50,461 bases of DNA from Octopus sinensis (lineage: Eukaryota): contig NW_021834257.1 of assembly GCF_006345805.1 (NCBI RefSeq), forward strand, positions 1 through 50,461, written 5' to 3'. The stretch's first letter is position 1, and the number at the start of each line of letters is the position of its first letter. Below the pieces are notes generated by a model. The model was not told the origin of the DNA and did no database searches. It was given only the letters and a program-made list of their open reading frames with translations. The translations under genes were made by a program, and so were the position numbers. Shown here in pieces: positions 23,869-37,024 of the stretch.

Positions 23869-24439
23869 TAGTTACTTCGAGATTAATGTAGTGTGAACAC
23901 AGGTATAACTTTGGTCCGGAAAATACCTTAGTTAAGCTTAGGTGAAATGAGTAGCATTATGTGAGCTTCATTCGTTTTTAATATCGCTTAATGATAGAAC
24001 GTAATACTGGCCACTGTTCATCCAATTATTCGTGATTCAAAATAAATGGCATTTGCCTAATCCTTTCCTTTATTAATAAACCTTCGCTTCAACCAAATTA
24101 ACCATATTTTCAAATTTTCGTTCAGTCGATAATTACCATGATTGTTTCATGCTGTCATGGAGAATTACTTGAATTAAAAGCGTAATAGTTAGTTATTAAT
24201 ATTTTCCCATTTTAATTCAACCCCCTACCAGTTAAAGGGGATGGTCAGAATGTGAATATTTGAATGGAATAAAGCTGATAAGGTCTAGAATTACGACGCT
24301 GGAAATACATTTTGTGCAAGAGCATCTACTGCAGATTGATATGTATACGAATTAAGTTTGATTATCAGGCAGTACCTACGAAAACAGGAGCTGCGATGTG
24401 TACAGGGTTTCGAAAAGTTGCCAGATAGAAAAGAGACAC

Positions 24440-25190
24440 GGATGTATGGTTACCAAACTCGCTTTGCTACCACAAATTTTCGACTTCCATGACACTGCAC
24501 AGTATCTTCGGCAAGTGTGTTCTACTATAGCCACAAGCCTACCAATATATCTTAAGTGAGTTCAGGTTGACAGAAACCGTGTTAAAGCCTATGGTTTCAT
24601 AAACCATGGGCTTTAAGACGGTTAAAGTCACTGATGTATTTCAATTTATAATAACTTCCTTAACTTTACCAATAAATGCATATATATATATATATATGTC
24701 GGCCCGAGACTATAGTGGAAGACACTTGCCCAAGGTGCCACGCAGTGGAACTGAACCCGGAACCATGTGGCTGGTAAGCAAGCTACTTACCACACAGCCA
24801 CTGCTGCGCCTATATGTAATTTTGAGGGGAACGGGAGTCGTTTACTCGATTCTGAAACGATGAGAGGCAAAGTCGAGTTGGTGGAGTATGAACTTGAAAC
24901 GTAAAGCTAGAAGAGATGATGGTAAGCATTTGTTCCGCTGTCCTCACGATTCTGCCAGATCTCTGCCCTACTGATGTCAAAGTTTGATACAAGCCTAGTA
25001 ATTTAGGAGAAGGGGATAGTCGGCTATATCGATCCCGGTGCTTAGTCAGTATTTATTTAATAGACCCCGAAATGACGAAAGGCAAGAACGGCTTCGGTGG
25101 AATTTAAACTCAGGATGTAAAGAGCCAGTAAAATTACCGCTAAGCATTTTGTTCGACGCATTCACAACTCTGGCAGCTCACCACCTTATA
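24440..25190. mobile_element. Cluster of SINE-B and SINE-A copies
   Basis: Old SINE-B (+) 24440-24600, SINE-B 5' half (-) 24690-24812, two degenerate SINE-A (-) at about 24812-24960 and 24965-25190. Confidence 0.8.
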
Positions 25191-26461
25191 TATCGCATTA
25201 AAGTGAAATGAAATATATTAATTTTGAAATGACAACCGGAAATATTAGCTGCACTTGAGAAAAATATGCAAAAGCGGGACTGCGAAATTTGTTTGTGGCA
25301 AAGGACATTAACTGAGGCCACACAAAGGATTTCTATTTGTTTCTGCGAGGCAGAATTGCCCTAGGAATATATAAGAAATTCCTATCTTTCTCTTTACTTT
25401 ACTGCTAGACGGTGTCTGATGACGGAAAATAATGAAATGCCATCGAAGGAATAAACTATCTTCTACCTTCAAATCTTAGAGTATTGCATTTTGCTTAATT
25501 AATTTTTGTTTCTCGTTATGCCGTGCCCACGATTCCAAAGAAAGATGAAATAGTAATATACTCGACTCCAGCTATAACAAACATTAAGAACATTATTCGA
25601 TGTAAGAAAACAGAAATTAAAATCTTCAATTAGAAATTGAATATGCAAGTTCTTGAACTTCGTTTAATCTAGAATAGATTCGTCTTCCTTTAACGGCAAA
25701 TCATTACCAGAAGCAAACCACGTATTGGAAATAAATTATAATATAAAGATCAAGAATACTTCCTCGGGATGAATGACGGTGCAGCTTAATTATAAAAGAC
25801 ATAAATATGGTGAAAGGTAGACGAGCATATGGAAGATAAGTAAGCTCTTTGAACCGTGAGGTTTTTAAAATGGTATGAAAGCTAAACTTGTTTGTATAAT
25901 TTCTATTACATTTAAATACAGCTATTTATCATTTCGTTATCAATATCGTAAACACTAGTCACGTACTGGGTTGATAAATATAACCTTATTCATGAGATAG
26001 GAAACTAGGGCGAACTGTATATAAATCTATAAATTAAAACTACGTTGGTACTTAAATGTGTTCAGTGTGACATGAAATTCCAAACAAAATCTTTCTATCT
26101 CATGTATGACGATTTGCATTTTGCCCTCTCGGTGTGAGGTTGCACACTTTATTATTTAAAACCATAATAATATATAAATATGTAATTGAAAATACCCATT
26201 TACATTCCTGTCATAAACAAATCGAAAACTTGTAAAATATTAATTTCTAATCAAGACGTAAAAATCTATATAAAAAGAAAATAAAATATTTACATTTATT
26301 TCTCGGTGTTTGTTTTATTTAAGTTTTTTTTCTCATTTTATTTCATTTTAAGATGCAAATAGGCAAATAGTGACATCAATGTCAAGTGTAACGAAATAGT
26401 TACAGAAACAATTATAAGAGCACACACTCGCACATAGAAACACACATACATACATATGTAA

Positions 26462-26531
<70 letters not shown>

Positions 26532-26774
26532 GTATATATGTATATACATATGTATATTATATATGTATATGTATATATCTATATCTATATATATATGTAA
26601 TATATATTATATCTCTATATATATGTATATATATTTATAGATAATAATTATATATATATATTTATATATATATATATATTATATATATATATATATACAT
26701 ACATATATATCACATGTGTGTGCATGCACATATATATGCATGCATATATTTATATATATATGTGTATATATATA

Positions 26775-28167
26775 CAGGGTGTTCCAAAGAAACAGTGCAC
26801 TGAACATTTTCATAGGTATACATAAAGAAACAGTGCACTGAACACAAGAAAGGATATTTATAGTTGAAAATGTTTTCCCAAAAGATTTTAAATATTATAT
26901 TTAGATAATTTAGATATCTAAATTTTAGATATTTATATTAAATATTCTTTTGTTTCAGGGACCTTGAAAATGGTGCTTACCTTACAAGAAAGGATATTTA
27001 TTGTTGAAAATGTTTTCCGAGATGGTGGCAAATACACAAAAGAAGTGCAAGTCATTTCAAGAAAAATTTGGTGCAGAACGTTTGCCGCATCGAAATTGTG
27101 TTTCCGCTTTGTTGCATAATTTCAAAAAAACTGGAAGTGTTCAAGACAAACCCAAAAGTGGCCGCCCAAAAGTCGTTACAGATACAGTCTTACAGAATGT
27201 TACCAACAAACTGCAGAGGAGCCCACAAAAGTCTTTGAGGCGTTTGTCTCAAGAAACTAGGATATCTCTAACATCAACTCACCGAGCAGTGCATCAACTT
27301 AAATTCTTTCCATATAAAGTGCATGTTGTTCATGAACTGAAGCCTCAGGATTCAAAAAAACGCGTACTCTTCTGTCGGTGGTTTGAAAATTTTATTCTAG
27401 AGAAAGGTGAAAACATTTTAACCATACATTCTTCAGTGATGAAGCATGGTTCCATTTGTCCGGGTACATGAACAGTCAGAACTCTAGAGTGTGGTCTACA
27501 ATAAATCCTCATGCTCTGTTTCAGAAACCACTCCACGATCAAAAAGTTGGTGTTTGGTGTGCTTTGTCAAGGCAGCGTATAATTGGACCTATCTTTTTTG
27601 AAAACAACACCATCACATCTGAGTGTTACATTCATAACATCCTGGAGCCATTTTTTGATCAACTGACGGAGCAAGAAAAGCAACAAGGCTGGTTCCAGCA
27701 AGATGGTGCAACTGCACATACGGCTCGTGTCAGTATGGCTGCAGTTGGTGATGTCTTTGGGGATCGTGTGTCTCTCGTGGTTTGTGGCCACCTCGATCAC
27801 CGGATTTAACACCCCTCCTGACTTTTATTTGTGGGGCAAATTGAAAGACTCAGTGTATGCAGACAATCCTCGAACTACGGATGAACTGAAGCAGAAAATA
27901 ACAAGTGTTATTCAAACATCAAACCTGATGAACTTGAGTGTGTTTTTCAAAACACGCAGCGTCGCACTCGTTATGTCTGCAGTGAATGCGCACACTTTCA
28001 ACAGTTATTGTAGATCATATCTTACTGCACGAGTAATCCTCAATCGTACTTTAGTTGATAAGGTATTGAATTTGTGAATATTTGCAATAAATAGTATTTT
28101 TCTGTGAGTTTTGTTTCTTTGGGTTATTAGCATATTCCTACTGCACTGTTTCTTTTGGAACACCCTG
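26775..28167 (+). mobile_element. Tc1/mariner DNA transposon (DDxD, rosa/maT-like), near full length, frameshifted transposase at 26970-28013
   Basis: TIRs CAGGGTGTTCCAAA(A)GAAACAGTGCA with TA TSDs; MVLTLQERIFIVE...GRPK...SDEAWF...FQQDGATAH...WPPRSPDLTPPDFYLWG. At least four small frameshifts. Confidence 0.95.
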
Positions 28168-29410
28168 TATATACCTATATACATGTTAATGCATTTAAAT
28201 ATATATATATACATACATAAATGTATATAAACAAATTGTACATCTGTTGTAAATAGATATACAAACTGCAAGTTGTGTAATTATCTGTGAAATAGAATGT
28301 TGTAAATTAATTGGAAGGCAAGGCAATCTTAAGCTTAATAACAAAATCATTTCAGTTTGTTTTAAGCGAAATCCAATTCAAAATTATATTTAATAAGATT
28401 TTCTAAAGAGCACGTCGACATACAACTATGCGAAGCACCATATAATTATCCACAAGCTAACATACCTACATACCTCCATGCCTCCACAACCACCTTCGCG
28501 TTTATTCTTTGATATGGAAACATCAACTATGGAATATAACAGGTTTGTCTTCTAATTACTGTTAAGTGCACAGTTTTGGAATAAAACGTTCTATTTGAGA
28601 CCAAAGTTCATATTGAATAATGTTAAAAGAGAAAATATTTCCAATTGTTTAAAGGAAGAAACTGTCATAACAGCAGAATAGTTTAGTTCTCGTGTAATTT
28701 GTATGAAAGTTTGCTATCAGCGTCTTGAGGTGGAGAATGGATTGGAGGGAAACGTAGATCAATAGATGCATAGACTGCAAAGATATTTGCAGACAATTGA
28801 TATTTTGTGTGGAATGTGAAGCATTAGTCATAACAACAGAGACGACCTAATTTTAAATGAACATCCATTTAAAGTGTATGTGTAATGTGGGAAACATGTA
28901 TTAGACGTTAGTGCGGCTGTCATGACAGCATGGTAGAAAAAAAAAGGAAGAAAAACGTGCGCCACAAAAATATGGTTGCAGGATCGATTTCATTGCATGC
29001 CATCTTGGACAAATATCTTTTTTTGCCCTGGCGTCAAGTTGACCATTAATTATGTTGAGAGCGGGATTCGCTAGATGTAAAATGAATGCTGTACGTGTGT
29101 GTGTGCATGTGTGTCTGTGTGTGTGTGTGTCTGTGTTCGCGTCTGCGTTTGAGGTTATGTGTACTCGAATTTAACATACAGCGATGTAAATTACCGAAAT
29201 ATGCGAACATTAAAGAGAAAATCAATAAATGGTGCCAACGTGATATAACCATTGGAGAGAAAGCCGATAAATTCTGCTTGGGGTATTTGTTCAGCCCGAG
29301 TTACACAGACAATCTCCTTTAAATCAGGCCATCGTAAATTCAGTGAACCAGTCATTAGCCCATTGGAAACTTTAACCAACGACTGCATTCTGAATAAATA
29401 GAAAACGTTA

Positions 29411-29803
29411 TCTCTCTCTATATAAAGCTAAAGTTGTCTGTGTATGGCAGGTTTGGTAGCCTTCAACTAACACTATCCCCTCGGAGACCCGGCGGCGCAA
29501 GTTGACCAAAATTGAAAGTATGATAGAAGAAGGCTAGCTCTTCCTTCCGTATAAGATAAAATTCAAATCGGATCATGTTAACACCAAAAATTATTTACAT
29601 TAAAAAGGTGCTTTTTTTCTATGAAAATCCCTATTCTTTTACGATTTTTTGACTGATGTGTTGCCATTTTTCGGTGTATTTCAACCAGAAAAATGTTCAC
29701 TTAAAGAGAATAACAAGCTGCATAATGCAAAATTTTTACATTTCAAAAATTCCAATTCTAAAGAGGCGAAACAAACCCGCGCAACGCCGGACGATACTGC
29801 TAG
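29411..29803 (+). mobile_element. Non-autonomous Helitron
   Basis: 5' A|TC...TATATAAAG...GTCTGTG; 3' GC-rich hairpin cccgcgcaacgccgg followed by CTAG|T. Confidence 0.8.
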
Positions 29804-30529
29804 TAATATATATACGATAAATAAAATAGTGAACGCTCATAAATGATGAGAAATGAACTTTTCTGAGTTCTGTATATTTATGGTGGGTGATAATTATCCT
29901 TGAAATATATCGAATACTTTCTAACGTAAAATGTTGCCTATACATGGAGGACTGCAGTACAAAAACATGGTGGTCATGCGGATATAAAAGTAGTTACGTC
30001 GAGATATGGAGTAGAAACAAATCTCCATTCCAAATTCATTGACCGACATCACAAAGACTCAACTTGCCTGAAATACACGTAGATTCACAAAAGACAAGTT
30101 GGTGGTGGTTTAGGGTGGCCTGAATTTTATTTGCAATCAGTACAACGGGTGGATAATATATGTTCTTTCTGTATTCTTTAGTTAGAAGAAAATGCAGTAC
30201 GTTTAAAGGGCCTCAGAGACTAGTGGAAGGAAGAGAGGAAGAAAAACTCATACCAGAAATTCGCTGCGAGTGCTCGCAGTGTACTGAGCTCTGCTAAGAA
30301 CACTCAGAGGTTCTGGTGATAGTGACAAACTGGGCGATCTATTAAATCATTTACCCAAGAAGATAGGAGAGGAATCAGACAGGACTAATACTGCTAGACA
30401 ACAGGTTCGATTTTCAATTCCACCCATTTACTGAACTGGATTGATACGTTTTTATTGACCACTAATGAAAGAACTGCAATACTGACCGCAGCAGGAGTTG
30501 AACTCATAACGCAGGGAGTCGGAAAATCT

Positions 30530-30695
30530 ATTACGATTAAATCGACTCCTGTACGCAACCGGTACTTAATTTATCGACCCTGAAAGGATGAAAGGCAAAG
30601 TCAACCTCGGTGGAATTTGAACTCGGAACGTAAAGACAGACGAATTACCACTAAGCATTTCACTCGGCGTGTTAACGATGCTGCCAGCTCGGTTG
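30530..30695 (-). mobile_element. SINE-A (truncated)
   Basis: Core and head match. Confidence 0.85.
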
Positions 30696-30771
30696 TCGCC
30701 TGGATGGTGCACAAATGTCAACCTCCAGGAGTAGTGGATGCAGCGACGCGCTGTTACGCAGCAGGACCCTA

Positions 30772-30772
<1 letters not shown>

Positions 30773-30806
<34 letters not shown>

Positions 30807-30828
30807 GTAGTAGTAGTAGTAGTAGTAA

Positions 30829-30868
<40 letters not shown>

Positions 30869-30887
30869 TGTTGTTGTAGTAGTAGTT
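30773..30887. repeat. (ACT)n(AGT)n fold-back microsatellite
   Basis: Switch at ACTAGT, 30803-30808. Confidence 0.95.
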
Positions 30888-30941
30888 CTTACGCGTGAAT
30901 GTAACGACGCATGTGTGGCGCATGCAAATGTACCTGTATAA

Positions 30942-31166
30942 CTCTTTCTTTACTACCTACAAGGGGCTAAACACAGAGAGGACAAACAAACAGATTAAGT
31001 CGATTATATCGACCCCAGTACGTACCTGGTACTTATTTAATCGACCCCGAAAGGATGAAAGGCAAAGTCGTCCTCGGCGGAATTTGAACTCAGAACGTAG
31101 CGGCAGACGAAATACCGATAAGCATTTCACCCGGCGTGCTAACGATTCTACCAGCTCGCCGCCTTT
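30942..31166 (-). mobile_element. SINE-A
   Basis: 14-bp TSD ATGTACCTGTATAA at 30928-30941 and 31167-31180. Confidence 0.95.
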
Positions 31167-31382
31167 ATGTACCTGTATAATAGTTACATATTGCAGTAAC
31201 ATATTTATATAGAAATATCAAAGGAAAACTTTCTCATCGAATATTGAAAATTGCTTTTAAGTAGTTTCCAACCGTTAGATAAGGGAAGTTCGATGCCTCA
31301 GTTATATTCAATGTTGGATTCTTAAACTAATTTTAAACTTGAATATAACGAACATTCTCAAAATAATAATGATACAAATCAA

Positions 31383-31464
31383 ATTTGATGAATTTTATTC
31401 ATGCTGACTTGAGAAAAATATTTGTATACCAAACATGTTTTTACTACCACTACCAATATTATTA

Positions 31465-31498
<34 letters not shown>

Positions 31499-31758
31499 AG
31501 CTACTGCTACTGCAGCTACTGCTACTATTACTGCCACTACTACTACTACTACTGAAATAACTTGGATCTTCCACAAGATTTGATGATTTCTATTCATGCT
31601 GACTTGACAAAAATATTTGTATACCAAACATGGTTTTACTACCACAACCAACATTACTACTACTGCTGCTGCTGCTGCAGCTACTACTACGACTACTAGT
31701 CGTAGTCGTAGTAGTAGTAGTAGTAGTAGTAGTAGTTAGTAGTAGTAGTAGTAGTAGT

Positions 31759-31840
<82 letters not shown>
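31383..31840. repeat. 195-bp-period tandem duplication with CTA/CTG tracts, then (TAG)n(TTG)n
   Basis: atttgatga...ttcatgctgacttga(g/c)aaaaatatttgtataccaaacatg at 31383 and 31578. Confidence 0.9.
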
Positions 31841-32540
31841 ACAGTGTTGACAACGATGCGATCTTCTATGAAAACACATTAAGCTTTCCGCTGGAAGCCG
31901 GTTCTACAGTTTAGAAGTTCGGGGGAAATCTGATAGACGGAAGCGTTATATAGCAAAATGTAACTTTCCCTCTTTCAAATATTTCAGGAATTGTTGATGA
32001 GCATGATATAGTAAAATAACATTGGAAAATGTTCAACAGAAATTCTCCAAGGACTTCAGGTGAATAATTAAGACTAAAAGCAAAATGACATTCTCCGAAA
32101 CACAATTTCGATTGTGAATATTAGAATCGGTTATCAATTCTAAATATACGTTTGACCTCCAGATGTCTGTATCGAACAGCTACCAGACACAACACAGACA
32201 TTTAAATTTGTCTGGGATATTACGCTGAAGAGAAAACATGGGACAGTTCTGCCTAAAGCCATGCGAAGAGACAGCCTTTATTATATAATACATTTGAGTA
32301 TGTGTATGTGTATGTATGTGTGTGTGTGTGTTTGTGTGTCTGGTTGTGAGAGAGAGAGAGAGAGAGAAAAAGGGAGGTAGTGAGATGTAGAGGGAGATAG
32401 ATGGAGGAGAGACAAACACATAGGGAAGGAGAGAGAATATTTCTATGAATTTGTATATATGCTTTTGAAAAATTATAATACATTCATTATTATCGCATCA
32501 AGCATACGTATATCCATAAAAACACTTACATACAATATAT

Positions 32541-32575
<35 letters not shown>

Positions 32576-32581
32576 AATATA

Positions 32582-32778
32582 AGAAGGCGGGCGAAATGCG
32601 AAATGTTCAATGGTATTTCGTCTGTCTCTACATTCTGAGTTCAAATTCCGCCGAGGTCGACTTTGCATTTCATCTTTTCGGGGTCGATAAATTAAGTACC
32701 AATTGCGTTCTAGGGTCGATCTAATCGACTGGCCCTCTCCCCCAAAATTTCTGATATTGTGCCTAGTGTAGAAAAGAA
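32582..32778 (+). mobile_element. SINE-A, alternative-tail variant
   Basis: Core followed by tcgactggccctctccccaaaatttc...gtgcct tail. Confidence 0.85.
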
Positions 32779-34064
32779 TATATATAGGTGTGCGTGTGTG
32801 TGTATGCCTGTATACACATATATACGCATAATGCATATATATATATAGATAGACAGATAGATAGATAGATAGATATATATATACAAGCATTTTTGTGCAT
32901 ATGTACATTATGTATGCACGTGTATATACTTGTGTGTGTGTGTGGTGTGTGTATATGTGTGTGTGTGCCTGCGCGTGATATGTGTAAAAGATAAATATTT
33001 TGGCTGATCAAACTTGATGGAACAAACAATCCATCGATTTCACTGTAATAATGTTGCAGACTGGATTCTATCAAAGGATACAATTCTTTCAAGGAAACAA
33101 AAAACAATGAACTCTCATGATTATGCTTTTAATTACTTGTTAAAAGCTAGCACACATCTGTTCCAACCATATTTTCAGTTGCTGAATCACCCGTGGGAAG
33201 GCTATTGGGTATATTTAAAAAAAATTTTATATCGAGATTAAAACATCGGTATACCTGCTTTATAGTATAACCGACTTGTTTAGGACATTAAAGAGCATTT
33301 AGTGATGAGGCTCCAGTTCGGGAGTTCAGGTGTTTTGGGGAGAATGAAGTTGGCCCTTACTTCCTCCCAGGTCCGTTCTCCTCCGTATCAGGATCCCATA
33401 GATTTTTGCAAGGGTACATTGAGGTGCTTAGCTGAAGTGAAAGCAATCAATCTAGAAGAAAGCAAACTCCAAAATTAATACATTCTTCCATCATGTCCTA
33501 AGCCAGTACGGAGGGGTATGTCTGATGAAATTAATATGAGGTACGTCCATTAGCATAGGGTGATAGGGTGTCACTTCCGGATCCTCAACAGGCAACCAGA
33601 AGGGCACAACAGAAACCTCAGACAGGCGTTCATTTGAGGAGCCTCGGACTAGACCACGTCCTAAATGCTCTTCCAAACGATCCAGTACTAAGGATGCGCC
33701 TATCTCATGTCAGTTAGCGGCCATAGTAGGAATTGAATGATACATACTAATTCATGACATTCATATATTAATATTGTAGTATTAATATTCAGGACCAGAA
33801 GTCAAAATTGTACCATTTATATTTTGTTTTAACAGTCGCATTTCGTTAAATATATTTTTCATAAGAAACTGAACGCTTCTTACTTAGATGAAAGGCGAAA
33901 CTAGTCGGTTCAAACACATTCTACCAAGCTGAGACTGTTTTCAATGTCAAACTATAATATACACATATGTAAGTATAATGTGTATAAGTGTATGTGTTAA
34001 TATGAATGTTTGGATATGTGTGTACGTGTGTGTATAAATGATGATGATAGCTGCCGTGATCAAG

Positions 34065-35010
34065 GCAAAATTTATGGTCTCTTGCGAGAAGTTTATGGAC
34101 CGACTTCTCTGATGACACCTCTTCGAACCAGGAATGGTAAAGAAATTCTTCGTAATTCAAAAGACTGAATGTGGCTCATCTTCGGTGTAATATTATGAAG
34201 GAACTTTATAAGAGGAAATGAATGTTGCAGAAAATTGGTGAGGGTTGGTCGACACTAGAAAAGTCAGTTTATGATATAGGCAGGAAAGTTCTGGGATTGA
34301 TGAAAATAAAGCATAACGATTAGTTTAAAGAAATTGATGAAGATATAGATGGAAGGAAAAGGAAGCACTCCGTCGGTTACGACGACGAGGGTTCCGGTTG
34401 ATCCGATCAACGGAACAGCCTGCTTGTGAAATTAACGTGTAAGTGGCTGAGCACTCCACAGACACGTGTACCCTTAACGTAGTTCTCGGGGATATTCAGC
34501 GTGACACAGAGAGTGACAAGGCCGGCCCTTTGAAATATAGGTACAACAGAAACAGGAAGTAAGAGTGAGAGAAAGTTGTGGTGAAAGAGTACAGCAGGGC
34601 TCACCACCATCCCTGCCGGAGCCTCGTGGAGCTTTAAGTGTTTTCGCTCAATAAACACTCACAACGCCCGGTCTGGGAATCGAAACCGCGATCCTATGAC
34701 CGCGAGTCCGCTGCCCTAACCACTGGGCCATTGCGCCTCCACGAAGATATAGATGATTAACTGGCTGATAAAAGACGTACTTTGTCACGTTACTTGTCAG
34801 CAAAGCCACAGGAGAGAGATGTGTTGCATAGGGTACTCAAGAATGTGAAATCACGTGTGAGGTGGAGGCTCCCTCAGATGAGGGATACCTGCTGGAGTAA
34901 GAAGGCTGATGAGATACAGGCGGTGTCGGATTCCAATAACACAAAGCTGTTATATGATCCCTTGCAAGAATTTCATGGACCGACTTCTCTGATGACAGCT
35001 CTTCGATGGT
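34065..35010 (+). mobile_element. RTE LINE post-endonuclease linker fragments
   Basis: KFYGLLREVYGPTS...; WSTLEKSVYDIGRKVLG...KHND*F...WSKKADEIQAVSDSNNTKLLYDPLQEFHGPTS. Confidence 0.8.
34352..34742 (-). mobile_element. SINE-C inserted into the RTE fragment
   Basis: 13-bp TSD GAAGATATAGATG at 34339-34351 and 34743-34755; head ggaggcgcaatggcccagtggttagg...tttcgattccc. Confidence 0.95.
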
Positions 35011-35011
35011 A

Positions 35012-35625
35012 AGGCGATGGTAAAGAAACTATTCTTTTGTTGAAGCATGGTATTGGTAACAGACAAACGCAGCCCCTCACACCCTGCAGCAAAAGCATGC
35101 TATTACTATTACACTTTCCCACCCCATATTTTCCAATTAAAGTTCATGTGTTAAAATTCCTACCCACTCTGGTAGTAAAGTCACCCTGTACGATAACTTT
35201 GTCGGTCTGAGGGATATTTATTATAATGCCCTTCAAAGCATGTTAGAAAGAAACTTTTTCGTCATCAGTAGAGCACATAGTTGGAGCATATACACTCACC
35301 AAGGTTACATAATTTTTTTTTAACCAAAGGAATTCTCATGGACATAAGACGCTCGTTAATCCCGACTAGAAATTCTTCCAACTTGTCCACAAGAGTAGTC
35401 TCAACAGCAAATGCCACTCCAGCCTCTCATCTAAACTCTTCATCTCTCCCTTTCTTTCCCAAAGAATGTATATTTTCCATAAGATTCTGTGAGATGACGA
35501 TTTCCAGCTTATCTCATCTCAGATAAAGCAACGATGTCAAGATCACAGCGTCGAAGCTCATTCGCAACAAAATCAGTCCTTCGTTCAGGACATTCTGAGG
35601 ACTCACCGTCAAACAGTGTCCGTAC
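35012..35625 (-). mobile_element. RTE LINE APE endonuclease domain (decayed)
   Basis: VRTLFD...PERRTDFVANELRRCDLDIVALSEMR...GINERLM...SVYAP...DKVIVQGDFTTRVG...IGKYGVGKCNSN. Confidence 0.85.
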
Positions 35626-36631
35626 ATAAAATATTCAATATCTTATTTGGTTATATCACAATAGCACGAGGACGGCCGGGTTCAGACTGTGATGCTCTGG
35701 AGTCCCTACCGGGCCACACTCTTTGATCTGATGTGGTTCCAGAGTCCTTACTGCCATTTATTTTTATATTGTTTTGGTAATCATTGATTGTTTGCCTTTT
35801 AAGGCTACAACCAGCCATTCAGTTGAGACTCATAGCACTATCAACAATTATCAATTAGTTAATTAATTAACTAATTAATTAATTAATCAATCAATGTTGT
35901 TATCGTGCAATGCCTGTGCAAGATGATTTATTTTTTAAAGTGGGGAAAGGCTGTGCACTGAGTCAATCCCACTCACTAAGCAACAGCAGCCATAACCCAA
36001 AAAACGAACAACTCAACATCATCGGTAACTACTGAGCCGCAAGATTTATGTCGGAGTTATCCCAGTTACTTGAGTTGCCTTCTGGAAGGATGCCCTAACA
36101 AAGGCTAGGGGTCCTTCACTCCCAATGGTTTAACCGCGCGATCGGGTATTCAGTCAGATTATTTCTAAGTCCCCGCGCAAGATACAGCCATAGGCTAAAT
36201 AAAATAGATATAAAACAGATATAAAATCATACAATCTTTAAAAAATATTGATATACAATATATACATAAAATATACGATATGGAATACGTAAGATTGACA
36301 CACAATATATAGAATATGTACACACACATGCTGGAATACAATATATACAATACACACTCCCACAGAGTTTAAAATGTAATATATACAACACACAAACACT
36401 CCACAAAGAAAGTGGTTGAAGGGCCATTGACAACGTTTTTGTTCCTCCGCCCTTTTACGGGTTATACTTTTTGTCCCGCGGGGTGTTCAACAAGCACCCA
36501 CCTCACAAAGCAAACCTGATGGGGCTGCCAGTTCAGTCGCCGACGATCCAACCATTGAACAGTTTGTACTGGACTACAGGGTATCACTAGCACTCAAGAG
36601 CGACCTGACATAAATATAGATACATATATAA

Positions 36632-36722
<91 letters not shown>

Positions 36723-36755
36723 ATATATATATGTGTGTATATATATATATAATGT

Positions 36756-36935
36756 AACTTTGCGTGGCGATTTTTTTTCCTTCTTCCTTCTTTCCTGTTT
36801 TTCATGTTTATGAAGAAGAGCTATGCACGAAACGTAAAACACCTACACTCTTTCTTCTCCGAGCGTCGTACTAATTATTTACTTCTGTTACGTCCCCACG
36901 TTATATTTTTCTTCCCTGTGTTTTTTTGAATTGTC

Positions 36936-36937
<2 letters not shown>
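36756..36937 (+). mobile_element. Short Penelope-like terminus with hammerhead motif between (TA)n tracts
   Basis: UGUUU-AUGAAGA-A-GAGC(UAU)GCAC-GAAAC-GUA-AAACA at 36805-36841. Confidence 0.65.
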
Positions 36938-36967
<30 letters not shown>

Positions 36968-37024
36968 ATATTATATATATATATTATATATATATATTAT
37001 ATATATATATATATTATATATATA

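Noticed and set aside
25405-25445. CTGATGA…GAAA near 25415
   Set aside because: No stem II or convincing stem I.
33480-33750. Short open frame GVTSGSSTGNQKG…
   Set aside because: No acceptor tract, start codon or recognisable homology.
33862-33915. GGCGAAACTAGTC hammerhead-like 3' half
   Set aside because: The palindromic stem III is suggestive, but no valid core or stem I lies upstream.
34670-34742. Functional tRNA genes at SINE heads (also about 5480-5552, 6162-6230, 44704-44775)
   Set aside because: A/B boxes are present, but cloverleaf stems are incomplete and each continues into a SINE body.
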